Assembly: GCF_018350175.1 (NCBI RefSeq)
Contig: NC_058368.1
Coordinates: 89,406,001-89,470,000 of the forward strand
From: Felis catus
Lineage: Eukaryota
Direction of reading: 5' to 3'
Length of the DNA stretch: 64,000 nt
The notes under the pieces are model-generated. The model did not search any database. It worked only from the letters and a program-made list of their open reading frames with translations, and was not told the origin of the DNA. The position numbers were made by a program, and so were the translations under genes. Within the stretch, counting starts at the first letter, position 1. Each line of letters begins with the position of its first letter. Below, piece after piece: positions 1 to 12,880 of the stretch.

Positions 1-148
1 TTTCCTTCCAGTGCAGGAACATGTACTCTGTTCACTGGTAGAGCTAATTTGGTTCTCTCAAATCAACCTGGCTAGTTTTGTCATTTCATTTTATGTCAAA
101 GACATTCCAAGAGCAAAGAGGGGGAGAGAAAAGGTAAAAGCTGAGTCA

Positions 149-553
<405 letters not shown>

Positions 554-652
554 TCAGCAGTTGTTCAGGAAGCTCGAATCCCAGCAGTGACATATCAGGA
601 AATCACAACATTGCCATGGCTCACAAGAGTAAAGCCAGGAGCTCGGCCCTCA

Positions 653-886
<234 letters not shown>

Positions 887-1157
887 TTAATCCTTATTCT
901 CCCTCCCACAACTTCCCCAAAGCTAATGATTCAAATACCAGTATATCTCTGAATGCCCCTCCGTTAATGCATGACACCCCATCAACCCTACCAAGGCCCT
1001 GACAATTTCTAAAATCACTACAATCAGTTCTGAAAACAGAATTCTAATAACAGCTTTAAGAAACCAGCTTTACTGAAAACAATCTTTTAAACAGTATGGT
1101 GTGTATAATTTTTAGAAAACAATTTTCACAAACATTTACTCTCGGATTGCTACCTTA

Positions 1158-1337
<180 letters not shown>

Positions 1338-1734
1338 CTAGATATGGGAGGGTTAGGGGTAATAGGTGAAAAACCTGGCTCCAAATCCACTGGCGTCAGG
1401 AGGGCTCAAGACAAAAAAGGCATGGCACCTTCTTTAAAAGCATTTCTGGATATGGTGGCCATTTTTCATTCTACCAGTAACAAAAAAGGTTAAAGAATTT
1501 GTCTTGGTCACCTAAGGACAATCAAGATTAAATAAAGAATGCTTCGTTGCTCTACAAGGGATATTGGGTTCAATTAGCTACTCCATACCAAGTATCAAAA
1601 ACTAATAGTTAGAAAACAACAATAGGAAAAGTCAACTGAGAAATAAAGCTTTCAAAGTTAGAACTTATGACCACCTACGAGGCAATGGGAACATTCTGGC
1701 TGGTAAAAGCCCTACATCCTGACTTCAAGCTCAC

Positions 1735-1830
1735 CTTGACCAGCTTGTCCCAGCCACAGGAGACAATGATGGGATTGCTGCTATTGGGTGAAAAGCGGAC
1801 ACAAGACACCCACTCCGAATGGCTCTCATC
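1735..1830 (-). CDS. RACK1: RACK1 coding exon 4 ([32 protein letters not shown])
   Basis: Manual translation; AG/GT boundaries; 96 nt. Confidence 0.96.
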
Positions 1831-2045
1831 CTAGAGGACAGAAAAGAAGTAAGGAGAAACTATCCTGTCCCATGAAACTACACCCCTTACCCCTTCCCTC
1901 AGTTACATGGGAGGTACACTGATGGCTTTGCACTCACATCCCTGGAACCCAAACCTTTAATATCAACAGAACCCCTTTGGAGCCCAAGCCAGGCTTGAAA
2001 TCACCACATAATGCCAAGGTTAAGAAGGATGGGAGAGAATCTTCA

Positions 2046-2303
<258 letters not shown>

Positions 2304-2380
2304 TTACTGGAGCTGCCATTACTCACATGACCCTGGACATGGGTCTGATCACAACATGGTTGAGCATATGCCAGAGAATC

Positions 2381-2452
2381 CCTTCAGAATTGCAGGACAT
2401 GTCCTCACTCCCACATGGGGATTGGCTGACAATGTCATCTGTCATCACTAGG
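2381..2452 (-). ncRNA. SNORD96A: Box C/D snoRNA SNORD96A in RACK1 intron 2
   Basis: Minus strand reads CCTAGTGATGACAGATGACATTGTCAGCCAATCCCC...GCAATTCTGAAGG: C and D boxes with terminal CCT/AGG stem; known RACK1-hosted snoRNA. Confidence 0.92.
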
Positions 2453-2761
2453 ATCCTCCATTATGCCTGACCATCCAACGACTGAGCTCCCAAGATAAAA
2501 CATGTTCAAACCCTTGCCTACTCTCAACCACAGTATGTGGCAAAGCTGCTCAACCAGCCCACTCTGAAGCAACTCTGCGAAAGTAATTAAAAGCAGCAAG
2601 GATGGAAGCCAAGCAACCCAACTACCTTCTCTTTGTACGCCCTGCCTTACAGTTCCCACAATGAACCTCACTGTCCTTTGGAAACCACCTCCCAACAGCA
2701 TCTACCTCATTTCTGCCCAGCTTTTCCCCAGTGCCCCAGAGTTAAATGAGCAGCTACTTGC

Positions 2762-2933
2762 GTTGTGAGATCCCAAAGACGAAGGGTTCCATCCCAGGAG
2801 CCTGAGAGGGCAAACTGGCCATCTGAGGAGATGACCACGTCACTAACGAAGTGGGAATGACCCCGAAGAGCACGCTGTGGGATGCCATAATTGGTCTCAT
2901 CCCTGGTCAGCTTCCACATGATGATAGTCTTAT
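2762..2933 (-). CDS. RACK1: RACK1 coding exon 2 ([17 protein letters not shown]...LWDLT)
   Basis: AG acceptor 2935-2934; WD40 sequence; the frame into exon 3 is kept only with a GC donor (GCAAGT) at 2761-2756; 172 nt. Confidence 0.95.
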
Positions 2934-3594
2934 CTAAGGGGAGGTAACACAGAAAATCCAGTGAGGAATCCCACAGCCCACTCACTGACCTATTGGATAA
3001 TCCAGGATCCCTCAAGGTCATTGGTGGATTTAAAAGAAATTAAGGACACTCAAGGGGGGAGGGGACCCCCAAGCCGAGAGTGCTGTCATTAGTCAAAGCT
3101 AAGTGATTCATTATTCCAAAAAAAAGTCAAGTAGAACTAAGCAACGCCACTAGAATTAAACTTAGGTGTGGAGGCCTTTAGCAGATTATGAATGCCTTTT
3201 TGTGACATTCATAACAGCCCAATGTCTGAATCTTATTCTGAGGTCTAATACATAAACACTGCTGCTTGGGTGTGGGAAGACTGAATGTGGGCTTCCTACA
3301 ACTACCACTGAGGATGCCAGAAGTACTGGATTTAGTTGATTTACACACTACAAGGCTGGAAGCTTTCACTGAAAGGTGTTGGACTCCACACGCTTTCCGA
3401 TTATGCGTCACACATGATCCTAACCTCAGACTGTTTTTAATAGCGTGGGGGCAAACAATAGCGTGTTCATTCAAACAAGAGAATGACAAGAAAAAAAAGG
3501 CAGAAAAGACAAGACACGGGCTTGCAAGGAGATTGGCATCAGGACTCCCCTTGGGAGTCCATCCAGGAAAAACTAGGCACAGGGCCGGGCGGCA

Positions 3595-3657
3595 GCTCAG
3601 AAACAGCCTCTGGGTCTCAGCATGGGCACTCAGATGGCATGTTGGGGTCATCACCGC
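3595..3657 (-). ncRNA. SNORD95: Box C/D snoRNA SNORD95 in RACK1 intron 1
   Basis: Minus strand reads GCGGTGATGACCCCAACATGCCATCTGA...GGCTGTTTCTGAGC: C box TGATGA, D box CTGA; matches the SNORD95 sequence as I recall it and its known host gene. Confidence 0.92.
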
Positions 3658-3946
3658 CCCGCCCGACCCGTATAGGCTCTTGCACACTTAGCCACATCTG
3701 CGAGGAGGCGGGCAAGAAATAAAACCCCAATCCTGCAATCCTAGCAGCTACGAGCTGATCTATGTCTCGGCCTTTGCAAAGTGGAAAATGCCTCATGGGC
3801 TTATCCAGGCTGAGACTTAGGCCCGGGTCCGCATGCCCCACCTCGCAGGCGGACGGAGTTTCCCGGGCCGCCAACTCGCGATCCACTGGAAACAACAGGA
3901 GACACGCGCAACCCACTTATCTTTCAACCCCTTGCCCCGCACCTCA

Positions 3947-4408
<462 letters not shown>

Positions 4409-5144
4409 CTAAGAAGCGGAAGAGGGGAAGTGCACGGCACATTCCCGTCAGGATCGCCCAGCACCTTTGGTATTCCCACGTGGCACAGCCCGAGCCCCGC
4501 CCTTTCCGCAGGGTGGCTCGGAGGGCAACGCTGAGGGAGCTTAATTTCTGGGTGAGAACTGCAAGTAATGGTAAGCGATATGAAAAATATGGTATTAAAT
4601 TTTTTTAAATACACTGTGCTCAGGTGAATTATTAAGCCCTAACAGACTTCTGTCTCAGAGGGCAGCTCTTTCATCAAGAGGTTTTTGCTCTGAGGGAATT
4701 GGCTGAGGCACTCCCTGTTCGGAAGGGCTTAGTCCAGGCAGGAGTTAAGACGAAAATGGGTTACGGTGCGGAAAAGCGGGGAGGAACGAAAAATCGGTCC
4801 GTGGGCCGCTTATCGGTCACCGAGCTCTCGTCTAGGCAGGAGTGCAGAGAGCCGTCATAGAAACTGAACGGCCGCGAGAGGAAAGGCCTCCGGGTTCTGA
4901 ATTCTGGGGACTCGGGTCCAAAGCCGCTCTGGGCCTAAACACCTCACAGAAAGGCCGGCTGGGGGGTCCAGGCGTGCCCCCAAGGAGGTGTCCTCAGACT
5001 GGGAAGCAGTGGAACATGGTTGCCTGGCTGGCTACCGCCCTCCCATTTAACCTCATGGTATGTGAGTATGTAGTGCCTCCCGCTACGGCACATTCTTGAA
5101 ATTAAGATATGATGCTGGCTGGCAGCGCCTCTCTCAAGTATTTT

Positions 5145-5362
5145 TAATTTTATTTTTTTAAAGTTTATTTATTTTAAGAGAGAGAGGGAGGTGCACATGA
5201 ACGGGGGTGGGGGCAGAGAGAGAAGGAGAGAGAATATTCAGGCAGGCTCCATGCTCTCGGCAGAACGCTGGACACTGGGATCGAACTCACTAATCCTGAG
5301 ATCATGACCTGAATCAAAATTCAGATTCAGATGCTTAACTGACTGAGCCACCCAGGTGCCCC
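5145..5362 (-). mobile_element. CAN-SINE
   Basis: Reverse GGGGCACCTGGGTGGCTCAGTC head, (CT)n tract and A tail. Confidence 0.9.
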
Positions 5363-5567
5363 TCAAATGTTTTTTAAATGGGGGGGGTTTGCACAGACCA
5401 GGATGATAGCAGTGACTATCATTTATGCAAAATAAGGGGGATTATACATAATTATTTTGTTTGTAATGTGTATTATTTTTAGTTTCACATCTGTAAAATG
5501 AGGTTGGAAACAATAGTATCAACCTAAAACGATGTTGAGGAGAGTAAGTGAGTTAGGTAAAGCACCC

Positions 5568-5772
5568 AGGGACGCCTTGGTGGCTCAGTCAGTTAATCGA
5601 CCGATTCTGGATTTTGGCCCAGGTCATGATCTCACAGTTAGTGAGTTCGAACCCCGTGTCCAGCTTTGCGCAGAGAGCACGGAGCCAGCTTGGGATTCTG
5701 CCCTCTGCCTCTCCCCTGCTTGTGCTCTATCTCTATCAATCAATCAATCAATCAATCAGTCAATAAATGTAA
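5568..5772 (+). mobile_element. CAN-SINE with (TCAA)n tail
   Basis: GGGACGCCTTGGTGGCTCAGTC head. Confidence 0.9.
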
Positions 5773-7981
5773 AGCCGCCCAGAATGGTGCCTGGCAGAGT
5801 AAATGCAGGCAAACTTAGCATTTCTTTGGTACCAGTTCCTGTTTTAGGTGTTGGGGGGAATACACCTGTGAGCCAAGATGGTGGGGACCTGTTTTTTGTT
5901 TTGTTTGGTTTGGTTTAGTTTGGTTTGGTTTACATTTGATGGGGTGAGTGGAACGGAGATTGAGAGAGAGATTGGAGCAAAGAGAGGAAGAAGTAGGATA
6001 CAGCCCTGTGGCTATATGGAAAGTTAATGTTCCAATAAGGGAAAGTATGTGGGAGGAGATGTAGTTGGAGAGACAGTCAGTGCAAAAGTCTTGAACTGGA
6101 TTGTTGCAGGTGCTGAAACTCAAACCGTGAGATGGAGGTAAGGGGCAATTGACAAGAGGGCCAGCAGGCTTGGGGAAGAATCATGGCTCTTCAGGACGCT
6201 GTCCTGACTGTGCTTCAAGGTTCCCAGTCACGTATGTCACCCGCCACCATAGCACCCCCAATTAGCTGTCTTCTTGCTTTTCCAACACTATAGTCCAACT
6301 CGACTTCGACCCATGTATTTTGTTTCTCCTCTGGTCGTGGGAGACTCTTACCTTCACCCACACCAATATCCAGCTTGCTGTTCGTAACTGGGGTCATGCC
6401 AAGTGCCCTGGGCACTTGGCACAAATGGAGAGGTGAGAGATTCCACACATCATCTAGTAGAGATGCTCAGCGCAAGCACTCCCCTGGCTGTTGACCTGTA
6501 TACGCAGAGGATTTCCTCTCAGTTCAAGAACACGAGTTCTTCGTCTCCTATCTCCACTCCCTAAAGAGATCATTGCTCAGTCACTTTATGTTTACCCGCC
6601 TGGAGAAATATCATTTGGCTCTCAGTTTTCTTGAATTTTGCCAGGGAGCTGCTGTGGAATCAGCATCCCTGAGGCAAGGCCAAGGGTGCAGGTTTAAAAC
6701 GAGCCTCCCAGGTCTTACACATGCTCAAGGACGACGCTTCTAGGCATCTCTCAGTTCCTTTCCAGAAGAGGGCGGTTCCCAGGCTAGCCCCGCCCTCCCC
6801 CAGTCCCATCTTTGGCTGGCCCCTTCACGGAGTCCTCCCTGCCACCTACCGAGCTCGAAATTTCCGGAAGTGCCCTTGACCTCCCCTAATTCCGTGGGCC
6901 TCTTGGTACGCCAGCTCCTTGCTCTGTAAGAGGATTGTGTTAGCGCCCCATCCTATGCGGCCAAGGGAGGGTAATTCGCGTTTTCTCCTGGAGCCTGTTA
7001 GTACCGGTCTGGCAATGCCAGAGGAGAAGGAGAAATGGAATGTAGTGGACTTCCCCGGACGACCAGATTACAGGTTTTGGGCTTTCCACCTCCAGACTGG
7101 AGTTTTCCTCCAGTTACTGCCTGGCCTCCCGGCAAGCCACAAAGTCATTGAAGAGCATTCCTGAACCGAGGGAGGCATGGCCCCGACTCTGGGTGTAGCG
7201 AGGGGCAGGAAGGAGGGTGCAGCGGCAGCCTTTCCTTCTCAGCCCCAGCTGGAGTTGAGCCCCATACACACCTGCTTCCCTTTGGGTCCCCATGGTTCCC
7301 TGTTAGGCATATGGGCTCACCTGGACTCCTCACACCTCAAGCCCTGCCCCTTCCAGTGGGATGACTCCCCTTGCCTACAGGATGCACAGTTCCCACAACG
7401 GGTCTATTGTGGCCGGCCTTTTCTTTCCAGATGTCTTTGATCTGGCCTCTAGGAGGTGGAAGTCTGCTGGAGGGCCCCACCTGGCCTTTGGGAGAATTTC
7501 TCTGCAGAGCCTTCTTTCTGCTCCTCAGGCTGCCCCTCCTGGAGGGTTCCCCACCCACTTCTAGTCCCAGTCCCTGGGCTGCTCCCTTGTCTCCCACATC
7601 CTCACTGGCACCACTTCCATTCCCACACAAGGTAAGCATCCTAAGGGAGAAATTGGAGATGCTCTTTTAAGGAAGTCTGTCTTTTCTGCTGGGCATTCCT
7701 AAGACTCATACAGCTGGGAGAAGCCCCTCTGGTTTCCCTGCTAGAGGTCCACAGCCTCTCTTTTAGGAACAGACCTCTATTCCCTCCTGTCAGCAGTCAG
7801 GAGGTGAGACAGGTCTTCCCTTGAATGTGGTGGTGATGACTATTGTGGGTGATAGGTGAAGGGCTGAGGGAAAAGGATGTGGCCAAGGCCAGAGGGCCCA
7901 CTGCCAGCTAAAGCGGGTGACTTCCCTTCATTCTACTGTTTCTTGGCAGTTTCAGTGTGGTTGGCTCTGGCCCATACTTAC

Positions 7982-8209
7982 TTTTTTTTTTTTTTTTTTT
8001 TTTTAATTTTTAATGTTTATTTATTTTTGGGAGACAGAGAGATAAGAGTGCGGGAAGGGCAGAGAGAGAGGGAGACACAGAATCCAAAGCAGGCTCCAGG
8101 CCCCAAGCTGTCAGCACAGAGCCTGATGCGGGGCTTGAACCCACAAACCGTGGGATCATGACCTGGGCTGAAGTCGGACACTCAATTGACTAAGCCACCC
8201 AGGTACCCC
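7982..8209 (-). mobile_element. CAN-SINE
   Basis: Target-site duplication CTGGCCCATACT (7967, 8209). Confidence 0.92.
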
Positions 8210-8334
8210 TGGCCCATACTCCTTTTGTGGGTACATTGTCTCTCCCCTGCTCCTCCCAACTATCAGTTCTCTCCTACACAGAACACACACCTTGTTCTGC
8301 CGGGAAGGCCCACCATATTCCATCTCCACTGTTC

Positions 8335-8552
8335 TTTTCTTTCTTTTTTTAATGTTTATTCATTTTTGAGGGAGAGAGAGACAAACTGTGGGCAGGGGAG
8401 GGGCAGAGAGAAAGAGAAACACAGAATCTGGAGCAGGCTCCAGGCTCCAAGCTGTCAGCACAGAGCCCAACAGGGGGCTCGAACTCACCAACCACAAATC
8501 ATGAACTGAGTTGAAGTTGGATGCTTAACCGACGGAGCCACCCAGGCACCCC
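8335..8552 (-). mobile_element. CAN-SINE
   Basis: Canonical head and tail. Confidence 0.9.
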
Positions 8553-10187
8553 TCACCCCCACTTTTCTTAATCTAAGCTTCCTTCAGGTCTCAACTCAGG
8601 TTGCCACCCCAGAGAAACCCTCTGTGACCCTCAAGTCTAAGTTAGGCTTCTGGTTTCATACCCTCATAGTGATGGTGTGCTGGGCCTTCATAGCCCTTAG
8701 CTCAGTTTCCCCTTATTTGAATCCCTCAGGGATTTTCTCAGTGCCTTGAGGTCAGGGACTGGTCTGTTTGGGCTCATATGCTGCATTTGCTGGTAGAGGG
8801 TTTGGTTGTAGAAGATTCCAATCTTGGTAACTAGCCTCACAGGCTAAGTAGTTAAGGGCAAGTAGTTAAAGGGTGTTCCAGGCAGAGGGATCACCATGGG
8901 GAGGGGTTAGAGTGGTTTGCATGCAGAAGTTTTGGAGGGATGGTTTCAAATGGGAAGGTAGGAGAGAGTGAAACCCAAGGTGGCCAGAGAGCCTCTATCA
9001 GGAAGGAGTTGACTACTAAGGAATCTGGATTTGTCTTGAGGCCTAGGTCTTTCTCTTTAGGATTATCTCATCCCTCTCCTGCCTAGACTTGATTTTGTTG
9101 TAAAGTGTTTGGTCTCAGAATGGAGGGTAGGTTGAAGGTTGAAGGAAGACTAGAAACGACAAGAGTTCAGAAGTCACACAAGGGGGTTTGTAGGAGGGTC
9201 ATGAGAGTCCTATGAAAGGAGAGACTGAGGACTTACCAATGGCCTTATGATGAGGGATTCAACATGTCTAATCCATCTGTCTCCTCCCTACCCCACCTTC
9301 TTCACTCCAGTATCTAGAATTGGGCTCTGATTATAGAAACTAATTCATGATTGAGGCCTAAAGAATTAAGCTGAAAAAGATTAGAAAGAAACATGGGAAG
9401 TTCTGTTCTTATTGTAGGTTCTATTGCTTTCTTCCTGGTGAGAGGCAGGGATATGTTATTAAGTCAAAGCCAGGAAGAGATCTTGCAAAAAATCACGTAT
9501 CATTTCCTTATGTCTCTGGATAAATATTCATTGCCCATCTTAGGCAGAAATCTGAAGTCTAATAGTGAAAGCTGCTAAGGCATTCTGTTGGGTTTTCCCT
9601 GGGAGAGGGACTGTGGGTTCTCCAGGCCCTAGGTACTTCAGCAGATGTACAGCGAGAGGCTGTGGAAGTGGGTGTGGTCCAGGCAGGTGACTATAGGCCA
9701 GGTAGAATTATAAGACATGCTAGGAGAAGGCAAACCTCTGGCTTGTTAAAGGATTTAAAACAACATTAGGTGGTAGGAAGAAACAAAAGATGACCCAAGG
9801 TGCCTTTTTTCAGCTTTCTCCTGGAAGACAATTTCATATGAACTAGGGTTGGGAAGGTATGTTAAAATGGAACCTTAAGACTGGCTAGCACACTGTAAGA
9901 GGGCTGAAGAGAAAACAGTTCTTTCTACTCACACTTGGATTAAATAGTCAGAGCTTGCTGAGAAATTCCATCCTTTGCTGGAGAGGGTAGACAGAGGATT
10001 CTATCTGATTAGGAAATGGCAGACAAAAAAGGGCAGGACCCCTAGGGGTCTTCTTCCAGGTGACCTGGGTCCTTCATCTTTGTGGGGCCCTGCTTCATAC
10101 CAGGTGGAATAGTCAATGAGAAGTCTCTGACCAACTCTGCTGAGTCCTTTAGGATGGGGTAAAAGACTGGGAAGGCCTAAGCATGAT

Positions 10188-10235
10188 CCTCAGTAGCTAT
10201 GGAAGAATAAGCCTCAGTAGCTATGGAAGAATAAG
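10188..10235. repeat. Perfect 24-bp tandem duplication
   Basis: CCTCAGTAGCTATGGAAGAATAAG x2. Confidence 0.95.
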
Positions 10236-10924
10236 ACCTATTCTTTAAGGCTATTTCTAGCTCAAATCTCTGAGGTATCCATTTTCCTGCTTCTTTGGAA
10301 GGGATAGAAGTGGGGAGAAGAGTAGTAACTTAGCAGCCCATTTCCTTCCTTCTTTGCTGGTCTCCTGTCACAGCTCCTACACTTCTCACATTGTAAGATG
10401 AGCTATTTCCCTATGCCTGGGGTTCTCATACTATACCTCTGAGGACTCTGGTTTGTGGGCAAAGACTATATAATTAAAAGTTAAATTTGTCACCGCTTTT
10501 AGCTCTCCTCCTTTTCAGCCCTGTTATTCCTAAAACCTCTCACTTCCTCTTTTCTTATTTAGCACTGCCAGCACAAACTGCTTTCCCTTCTAGGACTCCA
10601 TGATGTCCTTACCACTCTCTGTCAGGATTTAGGTGTGAGAGGAAAAAGGGAAGAACCCACTTACCTACTTTAATGCTAGGTTTTGCCCCACATCCCATTT
10701 TCAAAAAGTCAGGCACCAAATAAAACCTTATTTATACTTCTTTCCCCTCCTATTTTGAGGCCCCAGCTTTGGCTTTTTTGGGGAAGAGGGTAATGCAGTT
10801 TCTTTTTTAGCTGCCTTCCCATTAGAGTTCCTTATCACATTTCTCACATGTGATCCACATGAATCACAAGTGGAACTGTTCAAGGTTGTTTTAGTCAGAT
10901 TTTTAAAAAAAAATGTAAGAAGGC

Positions 10925-11128
10925 CTTTATTTATTTTAATGTTATTTATTTTTGAGAGAGAAAGACAAAGCGTGAGCAGGGGAGGGGTAGAGAGAGAGAG
11001 GGAGACACAGAATCTGAAGCAGGCTTCAGGCTCTGAGCTGTCGGCACAGAGCCTGATGTGGGGCTCGTACTCACAAACTGAAAGATCATGACCAGAGCCA
11101 AAGTCGGATGCTCAACTGACTGAGCCAC
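10925..11128 (-). mobile_element. CAN-SINE (5' slightly truncated)
   Basis: Canonical body. Confidence 0.88.
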
Positions 11129-11981
11129 TTTCTTTTATGTATTTGCTTCTGTGCCAAAAAATATCACCTTTGAGCCTGCCTCTTCTGATGGGGAAAAGAA
11201 AGTTGCCTCATTTCTTTTTCATCTTTCCTTTGGACTTGCCTCTATTCCTGAGTCCTAGGAAGGACCAGAATTCAACGTGCCTTCTTTCTATGGAACTATA
11301 CAATTCAATATAACTTGATAGCCACTAGTGGCTATTTCAAATTAATTAAAATTAAATACAATTAAAAATTCAGTTCCTGAGTTGCACTAGACACATTTCA
11401 AGAGCTTAAGTCATATGTAGCTACTATATCAAATAGCATAGATTTAGAATACTTCCATTGTTGCAGAGTCCTTTCAGACCTGGTATAACAGCCTAATGTC
11501 TTGTGTCCCCCTTTTTGTAATCTTTTATCAGTCAATAAATATTTGTAATAACTTTCAGTGTTCCAGGATTAACTTTCAGAGGGGGTCAGGAGTTGGGGGT
11601 GGGACATAGCATAGAATCTGTAGGTCCTATAAAGATTTCTGGAGGCATGGCATAGGGGCCAGAGGTTGGTGGCTAGTAGAGGAGACTCAGGTTTTAAGGA
11701 AGTGCTTTAGGGGTTGACGTTATACTTATTAAAGCAGGGCCACCCCACTCCACCAGGAGCAGGCAGGCTCTGGTTTTGTAAATTCTGCATAATACTTAAA
11801 AATCAAAACAAAAAATGACTGCCCTGTAGCCCTGCTGAAACTGATATTTGCTGAAGTGATTGTCTTTTATTACTCATCATTTCTAGATCTTGATTTCATA
11901 CACTGCTTTATCTGTCATAGGCCTTGTTCTCCCAAATGGCAGTGACATATGCAGCTCTGGCTTAAAAAAAAAAAGTTTGCT

Positions 11982-12212
11982 GGGGTGCCTGAGTGGCTTA
12001 GTCGGTTGAGCGTCCGACTTTGTCTCAGGTCATGATGATCTTGCACTCCGTGAGTTCGGCCCCTGTGTTAGGCTCTGTGCTGACAGCTCAGAGCCTGGAG
12101 CCTGCTTCGAATTCTGGGTCTCCCTCTCTCTCTGCCTCTCCCCCACTCATGCTCTGTCTCTTTCTCTCTCTCTGTCAAAAATAAACACACATTAAAAAAA
12201 AATTTTTTTTTT
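11982..12212 (+). mobile_element. CAN-SINE
   Basis: TSD AAAGTTTGCTG. Confidence 0.92.
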
Positions 12213-12340
12213 AAAGTTTGCTGACTTTGCCACCTGCCTGCCAAGAGCTGGGAGAAGTAGGGGTCATATCAATTAATACACTGATGCTAAGACCGTTTAA
12301 TAAGGTTCTAGGTAGGTGGGGCTATTTTTCCATTGAACAC

Positions 12341-12543
12341 TTTTTTTAAAAAGATAATATTAATTTAAATTTAATTTTACAGAGCACAAGCAAGCAGGGG
12401 AAGGGCATAGAAAGCAGGGGACAGAGGATCCAAAACGGGCTCTGTGCTGACAGCAGACAGCCTGATATGGGGCTTAAACTCACAAACCATGAGATCATGA
12501 CCTGAGCCAATGTCAGATGCTGACTGAGTCATCCTGGTGCCCC
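12341..12543 (-). mobile_element. CAN-SINE
   Basis: TSD CCATTGAACACTTT. Confidence 0.88.
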
Positions 12544-12644
12544 ATTGAACACTTTTAAACACCTATGTCAATCACTGGCTATAGGGCATAAGTAAAGCTG
12601 GTAATGGCACATCTGTGGATTTGACCACTTTCCCTGAGTCTAGA

Positions 12645-12880
12645 CCAATGATTCTTAACCATGGATGATTTTGCTCCTGTCACCCCTCTCCACAAGACAT
12701 TTGGAAATGTTGGGAGACATTTGTGGTTGCCACAGCTGATGGAGGGGTGCTACTTACATCTGGTGGGTAGAGTCCAGGGAATGCTCCCTAGGCATCCTAT
12801 AATGCACAGGACAGCCCCAACCTGCAAAGAATTCTCTTATTCAAAATGTCATTAGTGCTGAGGTTGAGAAACGCTGGTCT
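12645..12880 (+). mobile_element. MER20-like hAT DNA transposon relic
   Basis: CAATGATTCTTAACC...GGTTGAGAAACGCTG termini, flanked by TCTAGAC on both sides. Confidence 0.6.

Noticed and set aside
5568..5660. tRNA-like A/B boxes in many places
   Set aside because: They are heads of tRNA-derived CAN-SINEs, not tRNA genes
6100..7700. Possible decayed B30.2/SPRY or TRIM exon (WVEVELDY) and a strong minus-strand donor near 6350
   Set aside because: Only a few residues resemble SPRY and no coherent frame or exon chain could be built; could be a non-coding exon but this is unsupported
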